DNA of 63,629 nucleotides, the filler included, from Choristocarpus tenellus KU-1152 (taxonomy: Eukaryota; Protista; Phaeophyceae), in assembly GCA_964200185.2 (NCBI GenBank). It is 9 parts of 9 records of this genome, joined end to end, with 100 filler letters (N's around TTAATTAATTAA, not from the genome) between each part and the next. Parts side by side here need not be neighbours in the genome. Positions count along the whole stretch, not along the records: positions 33,763 to 46,130 come from CAXNAD020001860.1; positions 46,231 to 51,886 come from CAXNAD020010113.1; 7 more parts are not named here. One strand, given 5' to 3'. Numbering within the stretch: the stretch's first letter is position 1; each line of letters opens with the position of its first letter. This document shows positions 37,201 to 48,671 of the stretch, piece by piece. The translations under genes and the position numbers were made by a program. The notes under the pieces are model-generated. The model was not told the DNA's origin. It was given only the letters and a program-made list of their open reading frames with translations, and ran no database searches.

Positions 37201-37785
37201 AATCTACTAAATGTCTGCAAATAAGTAGTGGGCATAACGTAAGATATGCAGACCTCTAGGGTTGTAAGGATAAAAAAAAACAGAAAATATATGAGGTAAA
37301 TATGTTTTTTTTTCTAAATCAAACGGGAATAATAGTAAGGTCGAGAGGTAAAGAGCACCATACAAATATACACCTGCCTGGTGAACAACTCACATCTACA
37401 TCTGGTTGAGTAACATTCAGTCTTCACTCTGAATCAATGAGATGGCAGGATGATCTTCTGTGGTGAGGAAGAGTGAGATATATGTAAGTACGTGTAAGGA
37501 GGACTGAAATACTGGAGGAGGAGTGCTGCTCTTGTAAGTTCGAAGGCAGTATCAAATGGAGTACCCACCCATAGCTGGCTGGACCTTTCTTCTTTGTGTT
37601 GTAGTAGGTGGGTTCTTCATTCTCTGTGGAGATCTCGAGAGGCCCTTTCTTTTTGAGATTTTGGAGAGGTACGTCATATTTTAGTGAAGCAGTTGTTGCA
37701 GTAAATAATCTCAAGTACTCTGTCGGTAGCAGCCCAGATGATGTTTCATCCAGAGTACAAAATGTATAAAATACTTCGAAATGTA

Positions 37786-38769
37786 TCATAAACACCCTGT
37801 GTATTCTGCCAACAAAGTGGCGTTTTGGGCGTCATGAAATGCATCCTCGAGAACGCTGATCATGGTGTACGTATCAAATTCCACGAGCATACTGGTGAAT
37901 GCACGGTATGTTGCCTCTTGCTCCATACTGAGGGTATACATTCCCTTAATAATTTCCTGCTCTTCCTGCGACAGACTCGAATCTAGGGCATTGGGTAGCC
38001 GCTGGGATCGACATTTAGCTCTAACTCCTGCTCGCCATTCCCAGTGACTCGGATCATTTTGCCGCTCGCGCCGTGGATTGCCTTGTAAAGTTCCCTCACA
38101 TTCTAAACCCGAGTTCGCTTCCTCCCGCGGATTGGTTACACGGGACGTGGCTGAGAAAGGACGCTCTCGAATCTTTCCTGCGCATAACCTTGCCTCTTCC
38201 ACGTGCCTTCTCACCCCGGCAGATGTGGGGCGCTGCTTTGCCCAGAGTCCTCTTTTGTTGTAATCTCCGTGGAGACAGTTCTCTAGAAAGAACTTGCTGT
38301 TCCAGCCCGCTTCTTGCTCCTTTTCGCGTAGAATTGGACTATGAAGTAGCCGAGCGTCGACAGTAACCCACGGTGGTGGATTCACCATCGTTCGAGGTGT
38401 CCGATTGTCCAGTTTGCTTCTTCCTCTATAAACTGATCTCATCTGGGCCTGTGGTGCAGGGACAACACCAGTAAATCGCTGGTCAGCATCCTAGTCCACA
38501 CCATGCATAGCATTATAGTGCACATTCTACTCCGCACTATGCATATGACTGCAATATAGAGTAGTAAAATTCGTTTATTCCATCCCTTTAGACTTTTCCA
38601 ACTTCACCATGTGACTTTTGTACTGCATGTCGGATTCAACAGCATTCAAATCCTTTTGACCAAGCCAGTTTATTTGGAGTTCTGATGCATGTGCTTTCTT
38701 TTGCCTCTCAAGCATGGCAACCCCGCTTGGTCCCCCTCGTGGAGGCTGTAATTCACTTGAGCTAGCCAT
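37786..38769 (-). CDS. Hypothetical protein (about 274 aa), head-to-head with the ARM gene
   Basis: Exons 38769-38608 and 38448-37786 join in phase 0 by GT-AG (QYKSHM|AQMRSVYRGRSKLDN). The second exon contains the 218-codon ORF. Confidence 0.65.
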
Positions 38770-39027
38770 AAGCAGTAGAACAGTCGGAGCTGCTGCTGGT
38801 TTTCGTCACGATAATATTTGATAATACGTAGCACACAGAACACTCTGTGAGTGGTCAATACTCTCCTTCCTCACCCGTTTCAAAACTGTTTCTTTTTAAT
38901 TACACCTTGCGTGACGGCCAGGCTCTCTTCCATTAAGTAGAACATGAGTTGATTGCACTGTCTCGAGGTGGGGTAGATAGCCCTCTAGCTCCATTGTGGG
39001 AGACGCGCTAGCAGGGCCTGCTTTATC
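38770..39027. promoter_or_regulatory. Putative bidirectional promoter/5' UTR region
   Basis: Only 258 bp separate two divergent start codons. Confidence 0.5.
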
Positions 39028-42000
39028 ATGGCGAAGGTGCTGGAAGCCCTCATCGCCAAAGGGCGTCGCGTACGACGCCCCCGAGAGCAGAAGGAGGTTG
39101 CTTTTGGCTTGGCCGATCTTTCAACCCATGAGGAGCTTCACGACCGTATTGTGAAGAAGGGGGGTATCCGATCTTTGCTCGGGATCTTACGTCGGTCGCA
39201 GGACGTTGAGGCGCAGAGATTTTCCGCGTTGTGTATCGCCAACTGTGCATCAGCGGTCTTTACGCGGTTGCAAATTGTTGACGATGGCGTCCTCGAACCT
39301 ATGATCACCTTCATAAAGGAAGACACTGCAGATTTGATAGTTCGGCAATATTGCGCGATGGCACTTGGGAATCTAGCTGCCGAGCCGGACAACCACGACG
39401 AGATATTGAAGCTAGATGGTATCGACGCGTTGGTCATCCTGCTCAAGTCGAGTGATGTTGAGTGCGGTCGCTATGCGGCCTTTGCCCTGAGCAACCTCGC
39501 CGCAAATGCCAATCTTCGAGAGAAACTAGTGTCAGCTAGTGCGGTTCCAGGCCTCGTGGCACTCGCATGCTGCGAAGACTTCAACGTGCAGCGACAGTCT
39601 CTCTCTTGTGTTCGAGGCCTCTGCATTACTCCCGCTTATCGAATCCAGGTAGTTCGAGATGGCTTTCTTGATCCCCTCGTGCTGATGGCCCGAACTGACG
39701 ATATGGAACTTCTCCGAGAGGTGGCTGCAGCATTTAATTGCCTAAGCTGTATGGAAGAGAACAAGATGGAGATCGTAGATCGCGCAATTGCCAACATTAT
39801 CGCAATGATGATGTGTGGGGACCCCGAGGTGAGTGGTCAGTGGCTAGTCTCCATTCGCCTCTGGGCAAGACATGGCGTAGACAACAAGTTTGTTGTACTC
39901 CCTCTAGCACCTATGTTATGGATATGTGTAAGATGATATTTACCCCTCAACATGGCTCAGCACCTGCAGCGATGAAGAAACCTCAAGGGGTTTCCACTTG
40001 AGAGAGTCAACGAGCCTCTTTGTGCAATGCCACCCATATCTAATGGTGTGGGCACACAAGTGGTGAAGTCAATGTTAAGATTACCACCCTCTCCCCACCA
40101 GGTTGAACGTCATTCTTGCTGTGCAGTGGCGAATCTCATGGAACTTAGCGAGTTGCACAATCGCCTGCTGGAGGAGAGAGGACTGTCACCCCTTGTTGCT
40201 CTCTGTCACAGCCGAGACATCAACTCCCGCGAGGAAGCCTCTCGTGCTGTTGCAAACATTGCCGCCAATCCAGACATGCAGCAGGCGATCCTGCGGGAGG
40301 GGGCCCTCAAACCGATGGTTGACGGCCTTATCAGTGGGGAGGTAAATTGCCAGCGATTCTCTGCTTTGGGACTGGCAAATTTGGCCACAACAGTGTCGAG
40401 TCAAGTCAAGATTGTGCAGGCAGGAGCTTTGAAGCCATTGGTTGCCCTTGCGAAGGCTACCCTCACACAACTTGAAGCCCGAAGATATGCTGCTCTTGCC
40501 ATAGCCAACCTCACGGCTACCCTCTCCAATCATCCCAGTATCTTAGAGGAGGGCGCCTTGCACGCCCTCTTTTCCCTCAGCAATAGCCCTGATGCCGTCA
40601 GTCAGTATTATATTGGTTGTGCCCTTGCCAACCTTAGCTGTTCAGCTCAAAACCACAGACTGGTTGTTGAGGAGGGGGGGCTTCAACCAATTATAACACT
40701 GGCCTATAGCACAGATCCGGATGTGCATCAGCAAGCTGCTGCTGCCCTTCGTGGTCTGAGGTGGGTGTCCTTAGCGTTTTCTATCGGTTCATAATAGGTC
40801 CTGTATGCTGTGAAGTCATACACGATAAACACTGGCCTTATTCTTTTGGTTGACTCAAGTGATACCTTGTATAAAAGCAAGACCTCCCTATAGAGTACCT
40901 GAACAAACAATGTGCGATTGTGCCCTGCAAAGTGCCTCTTTGCTCCTTTGATGTTGTTGTGCGGCACCCATGGTACCCCACTTCCAATAAGACATACTGT
41001 CGAGGTATTTTCTCTCCATTTCTCCTTGCCTCATCTCTGCATCCACTGCAACTTGCCTGTCCCCGCAACCTGAATCCAGTGTGGTCAATATTGCGATCAT
41101 GGGATCCTCTCTGCCTGCCTTGCACTGTACCTACCTCTTCTCCATGACAGTGTCACCGCAGAGAACAAGATGAAGATTGTTCAGGAGGGGGGTCTTGAGC
41201 CTTTAGTACAGCTCCTGGCCAGCGAGGATACAGAGATCTTGCGAGAGGTTTGCGCAGCACTCTGTAACCTCAGCATTGGGGATGAGAACAAGTTTGAGAT
41301 ATGCAAAAGTGGGTCAGTCCCTCCTCTAATAATCCACATGCAAAGCGAGGACATGCAGGTCGCTTCCCAAGCAGCTGCCTGTCTAGCCAACCTGTGCGAA
41401 ATATCTGAGAACCAGTTCGTGGTATCAAGAGAGGGTGGCATCCGACCTGCAATCCTCACAATGCGTAGCCGGTATGTAGATGTACAGAGGGAGGCTGGGC
41501 GACTCTTGGCAAACCTCTGCGCCAGCACAGATTTCACTGACCTCATCCTCGACGCGGGAGGTCATCAGCTACTAATATCATATCTGCTAAGTCCGGATGT
41601 GGCATCCCAGAGAGTAGGTGCCCTAGGAGTTGGGAACCTGTGCACACATGATGCGCACCGAGTGACTATGATGCATTCTGGGGCACTTGAGCCCCTGTGC
41701 TCATTAGCCCGGTTAGAAGACATTGAACTGGAGATTCAGCGGTATGCCGTGCTCGCAATTGCCAACCTTGCTATCTCTGTGGACAATCATGTATCTTTTA
41801 TTGAGGAGGGGATGCTCACCCTTCTCATTTCGCTATCAAATGCCCCGGATCCAGAGGTAGGCACTAACGTTTCCTCAATTAATCTCACTGCTTTCTCCTC
41901 ATTGTGACACATGAAGCTTTCAGCTCACCTTCCAACACATCCCCACTGCTCGACAAGTAGTCAATTCTTGAGAATATTTGTTACATCGTACATGCATGCC

Positions 42001-45000
42001 TGACCTGACTCTGGGCTTGTGCACACTGATAATCGCCTGTCGCCCCATGTGATTACACCCCCCACAATATCTATACGACAATTTCCTCACTCCTGTTTAA
42101 CATTCACTCGCATCTCTTTGCTTCTCCACGTCCTACCCTACTCTTGTAGGTGAGGCAGTACTCGGCCTATGCCCTCGTGAAGGTCGGACAAAATAGTGAC
42201 GTACGCAAGCAAGTGACAGACGAGGGAGGCTTAGAGCCGGTGCTGTACCTTGCTCGCACTGAAGAGCCAGAAATACAGAGGGAAACGCTGGCGTGCCTAT
42301 GCTCACTGAGCTTTGCCGAGGAGAACAAAATCAACATCACAAAGTACGGTGGTCTACCACCCATCATGAGCGCTGTGCGATCACCAGATGTCCAAACTGC
42401 TCGCATGGCATGCTGTGCCTGTGCCAACCTATGTGAAGTCGTTGAGAATATGGACAATATTGTTGATGCAGGAGCCATACCAGCCCTGGTGCAGGTACCC
42501 CCCTCTTCCTCTTATTCATTATAGCCGAAAGATGTACCTGGATTATGGCAGTCCCCACAAGTCTCTAGTCTGTACATTGGTCATAAGTGCAAGTGCTTGC
42601 TCCCCCTCTGTCCCCTCAATGGGCTCTGCTCTCCAACCATAATATCATCCCACTCTTCCAAATTGGACCCCATACAGGCTCTAGGTTCCACATCTCCGTT
42701 GGTATCACGTGAAGCTGCACGCGCCTTGGGAAATCTCTCCGCCAATCTAGAGCATGGGGATGCCGTTCTGAGGGCTGGGGCACTGAAGCCATTGATGGCT
42801 CTTGTTCGCTCTGAGGAACACCCTGTCCAGCGTATGGCTGCAATGGCTCTGTGTAATCTCAGCTCCAATGTGAGTTGTGTCCATGTTGATATTGTATGAT
42901 AAAACCTGTTGCTTGAAGCACTTGCTCTGACTGACCTTTTCTAATGAGAATTATAATTCTCCATTTGGAGCTGACTCCAAAAATTGGTGTTGAGAGATTC
43001 AGATCTATGCTAACATCTACCTTTTTACTCACTTTGTGTTTATTGATATCAATTACTCCTCACCTTTGTGAATTGCCCTGGAAGAGAACTGCACTATGAG
43101 CATGTGTTGGGGAAGGGGGTTTACAAGTTGCATACCATAGCCTTTTTATCATTGACCACTGTCCACTTTCAAACGTGTCTCTACATTTTCCTCTCCTCGG
43201 GGGTTTCCAATTGAAGCCAAAGACCTTTTTGACAGTCAAGTCCATCTTCACTCTGGGAAGGTGGAATAGATTGGTTTTTCTAACAAATCTCACTCTTGTC
43301 CATTTCTGAGTATTTTGTTGGACGTGACCCAGGGCTTTTGATCCATTCCCAGTTTGTAGTCCGACATAACATCTAAACAATATTCTAAGCTCACCACCAG
43401 TCCAACTCCACTTCCACCCCCTTGTAGGTAAAAAATCAGCCCAAGATGCTCAAGGCAGGTCTCCTGGATCCAATTTTGTCTGAGACACGTGGCACCCTTG
43501 ACCCAAAGGCCAAGAAGGATCATGAGACTGCTCGTTATTGTCTCCTCATCATTGCTAACCTCAGTGTCAGTCGTGAGAACCACAAATCAATCATGACAGA
43601 ATTTCTTCCAACCCTGGCAAGCTTCAGCAAGCATCGTGACATCAAGGCTCGCCAGCATGCTGTCTTTGCTCTGGGGAATATCTGTGCCAACTCGGCCAAT
43701 CTCGAGGCTGTTGTGGCCAGTGGGGTGCTCAAAACCCTTATCACCTACGCCTTCCCATCCACAGACACCTCTGTCAATGTCCAGTTCCAAGCAGTAGCAG
43801 CTCTTCGTGGCATTGCCACAAACCAGACTCTGCGAATGCAAGTGGTTAGGGAGGGTGGGCTTGAACCCCTCGTGCTTGCCGCGCGCTGTGATTCTATTGA
43901 GGTGCAGAGGGAGACTGCAGCTACCTTGGCGAACCTTGCTCTGGCCGAAGAGAACAAGGTGCATACTAACCTGCTTCCCTCCAATTGTACTTAGAAACTG
44001 AAGTGGTTGTCGTCAAAGTGAGAAGGTAGCAAGTGTGGGGCAGCATGGGGGGGAGTGAGTGGTAACCTGTTTTGGATTGGGAAATGGAGAAGGAAAATTG
44101 TTAAGTGTGGAGGGCTCATGAGAAAGAGAAGGAATAAGGTTGTCAGAGCGACTAGACCGGTACTGTGTGTTTTGTCGAGAGGTCACCAGTGTGCTGCAGA
44201 CAATCCTCGAAAAAGATGACACAAGGCTATTGACTGAGTACTATGTACTTTTTCTTCCACATAGAGCATCCCTAGGACAAAGACCAGTCATGGTCCAGTG
44301 CTTGGCTGTTTCTGTCATTGCCCCACCTCTCTTTTGGTGCATAAACTCAACCCCAATCCAAATCACTTCATCAGCATTAGGAGGTGCTCTGTTTCCAATC
44401 TCGTCCTCTACACTGGTTAAGGTCTATTCCCTAACCTTCAGGCACTAAACCAATCCCAAACATATCCTGTTGCCCAATCTTGTGTTGATTGAAGGTGGCA
44501 ATGGCCCGAAGTGGAGTTTTGCCAGCTCTGAGCCAACTGTGTGATAGTGGAGATAGAGAGCGCCAAATTCATGCTGTGGCGGCCATGGCAAACGTGGCTG
44601 AGATGGTGGAGGGAAGAACCCAGAAACGCATGATTGAGGAAGGCTGTATGAAGCCACTGCTCCGCCTTGTGGACAGTCCGGAGGTGTGAGTGAAATCATG
44701 CTAGAAGGGGGATCAATTTTGTCTCTTCTGATTTTTGTCGCCTTTTTGAACCTTGTTCAGTATACATCGTGCTCATGCCTGAAATGCAGGCAATCCTCCT
44801 CATGAAGGTGTGGCTGTAGAAGAGAAGATTAGTTGTGAGCACAATGTTAGCCGAAAGTTCCCTCCACAGTGCTCAGAACAAATGTACCACAAAGGGAGCC
44901 ATAGTGGCCCTCATAGCTAAACAGCATCTCCAACCTAGATTATATCACTATATGTGTATGGGGATGTCTATGTACAAGCTTTGTTTAAGAATCATTGAGT

Positions 45001-46000
45001 AGAGTGGGACTTGGGGTCCAGCTGCCCCTGGCAGCATACTCAATATTCTTACTGATATCAGCTTGCTTATCTCAAGCAATGGGAAAATAAAGACACTAAA
45101 CATATCTAGTACAGAAGTTACCAATCCTGATTGGTGAGCCTATCTCTAGGGAGTGTTGTCCATGCTCTGTCTTTCCCCATCCCTTGGATTGCAGTCTTGC
45201 AGGGTTTAAATGCAGCGCAAGTCCAGCAATAATATATCCCTTGAGTTATCCTTGTTGACCGACTCTCTAAGGTACAAGCTGATGATTCAAGAAGTGCCAC
45301 GCGTTTTGGAGGAACTCTTCATCTTCTCCAGCCCTAAAACTTTTGCCCTGCAAAACCTTGTAGCTGACCTTTCGCAAATGCAGACTTCTAAAGTACTGAC
45401 CTAACTTAAATCCCGACCCTATCAACCAAACTGCACACACAAGGTTGAGGTTAGAGAAGAGGCAGCCAGGGCAATGGCCCTTTTCGCCTCTAAACGGGAT
45501 TCTCAAGTTCACTTGGTGGCATGTGGGGCTGTGCCAAAGCTCGTCAGCTTTGTCCGGGGTGCTGACCCTGGTGTTCGCCGCTATGGTGTCTTGGGCCTGG
45601 GGAATCTTGCAGTGTCAACACAAAACCATCAAACGCTGTTCCATGGTGGTGGGGTGGCGTGCCTGCTCTCAGAGAGTGTTTACGGGGCAGAAGATCTGGA
45701 AACCCGCCGCTGCGTGGCATTTTGCCTCAACAACATTGCTGCCTTTGAGCCTAATCACAGAGCATGCGAACAGTTGGGTGTTCTACGGCCGTTGGTGCGT
45801 CTGCTTAGGGACCAGGATCAAGATACACACCTGCAGGCGGCCTTTGCCATACGGCAGCTGAGTGTGACATCACGATGTCGGTCACAGCTTGTGGAAATGA
45901 AAGGGCTCATTCCTCTGTTGAAGTTGGGGGTCAGCGAGAGCACTGAGGTTCTGAGGGAGGTGGCTGCTGCCCTGCGAAACGTTTCACTCTCTGAGCACAG
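39028..46000 (+). CDS. Long armadillo-repeat protein (vacuolar protein 8-like, stramenopile type), 3' truncated by contig end
   Basis: Exons 39028-39828, 40102-40760, 41151-41856, 42150-42494, 42678-42869, 43428-43958, 44495-44683, 45444-46000, all phase-compatible GT-AG. Continuous ARM repeats of about 41 aa (GGLEPLV.L...D.EVQR.AA.AL.NL); no stop codon before the gap. Confidence 0.95.
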
Positions 46001-46130
46001 GTCAGTCACACGAAGAGAACAGATGAACATGAGGGATGAGTGTGGTTAGGAGAGAGGGATGATGGGTGAGAAGTAGTCAGAAATTGAAGGAAATTGGATG
46101 CATACGGAGTATCATGCTCATAATTGCTCT

Positions 46131-46230
46131 NNNNNNNNNNNNNNNNNNNNNNNNNNNNNNNNNNNNNNNNNNNNTTAATTAATTAANNNNNNNNNNNNNN
46201 NNNNNNNNNNNNNNNNNNNNNNNNNNNNNN
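46131..46230. other. Assembly spacer
   Basis: N44-TTAATTAATTAA-N44; the ARM gene does not resume after it. Confidence 0.98.
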
Positions 46231-46593
46231 CGTTTTCGCAAAACAACCATCCTCGTAGTCCTGCACCATCCTCAATTTTGAGAAATCCCTGTTATATGCT
46301 GATACGATTACAGAAAACGAATTTTCATGAACAAATTCGTTCCTAGAGGACAAAGTTGACACAACAAAAGGAGGTGAGTGTAAACACTACATCATAGAAG
46401 AATTTATTCAATACAGATATTCTCATATTCTACTTGCATAGAACTTTACCTGAAATATATCAACGGAACACTGTACATGGGTGATTTTCTTTCCTTTTCT
46501 TGACGCAATCACTCCTGCGTGGATGATGTCTACATTGACAGAGGGTTTGGGAAGTAGGGGTGGTGCTTTTCTGTACGAGGTGTCGATTGTAAG

Positions 46594-48671
46594 ATGTGGA
46601 AGTCCCTGGAGCATTACTGCTGCCTTTTGATTGTGGTGGGTGGTCGATTTGCGCTGCTTGGGTTGATGATGCCCCTTACTGCCTTGTTCGTGAGTGGGTC
46701 ATCTGACATTCGCCTTTACTCTCATCTCACGGAACACCCCAAGAATGGTACAACTTGGTCAGGGGGCAGTGCGCTGCGAGAACTTGTACAGCAGTGCACT
46801 CGGAAGCTACACTTTGCAGAAGGGGGTTGCGATAGCACGGAAACCAACCACACATTATTAAGCTTGTCTTCTGACAGTCACTGCGGTTTCGAGGTGAACC
46901 TGACCCACCCCTTCCGTACCTTCGACTATCTTTGTTTATGACGTGACTTAGAAGAGCAGGATCCTATCGCGGTGAGCGTATTATGTCCCTACAGTTGACT
47001 GAATTTCTCTTTGCATTACTTAAGTTTCGTGGTGCACCTTGGAAGTCTGCACTCGCTGGACCTACATTGTAGCCTGTCGAAAAACGATCGCCTTATCTTG
47101 CTGGTCTAAACATTTGGCAGGATTTCGAACTTTCAAAACAAAACTTGAGAGAGCTTGCGAGGAGGTACCACTTTCATTTTGTTGGGGACAGCACTATCCG
47201 GCGTCTGGCTGCTAGCTTCGAGGCCGTCTTCACCGGCAAGGCCCCGAATCACCATACCTACCACCGAACAGTATACCATAACACCCAAGGGTTAGATGCC
47301 TTATTCAGGTGGACCCCTCTTTGCCCACAAGTGTCAGAGGAAGTCACCAAGGCCACACAAGAGCTCGGCAGGACAGGACAAAAACAGCTTGTGTTTATCA
47401 CCAGCTATGGAGTGCATGAGATCAGTGAGGCAAGTCAGTCCAAACATTTGTATCTCGGGCCCACTAAGCCCTGTGATTTGTCAGTTATTTCCTCTGATCG
47501 TGTTAGACTCTCACCTCGAGAGTGTAGGAAACCGGTAGCAAATTGTGTTGCCTAAGGAAGGCCCTGTCAAGTCGCAATGTTCCATACATGGTACTTGTAG
47601 GTCTATATTTTTCCATATCGTTTATCTTTATCATTTCCAGTCCATGCACTGTACCGTATGGTAGATAGAGGGGCTCCATTCCTTGTGCAACTATCAATAG
47701 TTTTTATCACGAGGATGGTTGTTTCGATGGACTAGGTGGGGGTAACCTACCTCTTAACCAATTCTGCAGACATTAAGGTCCAGGAAACGAGGTATACCCT
47801 ATCCTTCTGTTTCCTTCTTCTTGTACTTCATTTTTTCTCCCCCTATCAAAAAGTGGTCAAGACGGATGTGTTGTGCGTGTGTGCCACAGCAGCAGTGGAG
47901 GATAGCTGCTGGGAAAGAAACTCTCCATCAGGCCCCATATACCCTGAGCCAGTGGTATCAGATTCATCCTTGTACCTGCTCAACCTGTGATGCTTTGCAC
48001 AACAGCCCTTTTCTATGCTTCTTGGAATATTACTATTCTGCAAAGCGAACTACTAACTTCATGATACAGGTACCTTTAGTCAACACCATCCTTCATGCCC
48101 CAAGTGACCTCATAATGATGATTCTGTGTGGATATACCTGCACTTTGCCCTTGTACAGGCACGAAGAGATATCCGAAACCTTGGGAATGAATCAACAGCG
48201 GAATTAGAGGAGACAATCACAGAGGATGCAATGCACCGTTGTCTGGATGTAACAAATGATCTTGTTGCCCTTTCCCAGCGAAAGGAAGGAATGCGGCCAA
48301 TCGTGCTGGTACTACAGGGAAACCCATTCCGGCCACGGGATGGTCGTTTTAAGTGGATGAAAGACCTGCATCAGCGGCGGCTAATCATGTTGCAAGAGCT
48401 GGTTGCTGAGGAAGGCACTGGTAAAGATAAAGAGGAAAGAGAGAAAAGAGAATTGAGGAATCCCAAAGGGTTATCTGGTCAAGTAGTTGGTGGAGGGGCA
48501 GGGACAGGGATGCCGTATATGCTAGAAGATTCATCCAGCATTTTTGACCGTTTGGAGTGTAAGAGGAAGGATGACATCCACTTCTACGAGCCAGTTAAGC
48601 TGACTGAAGCGCAGATGCTCTGGCATGTAGTTAACAAAATCTTTAGTTGCAGTTTGTTTGAGTGCTTGTAG
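46594..48671 (+). CDS. SGNH-fold PC-esterase/TBL-like protein with N-terminal membrane anchor (about 373 aa)
   Basis: Exons 46594-46893, 47121-47429 (GC donor) and 48159-48671. Motifs HFVGDSTIR (GDS), SYGVHE and C-terminal DDIHF (DxxH); hydrophobic N-terminus. Confidence 0.75.

Noticed and set aside
39050-46030. Antisense and alternative-frame ORFs over the ARM gene
   Set aside because: They are shadows of the real exons with no independent motifs.
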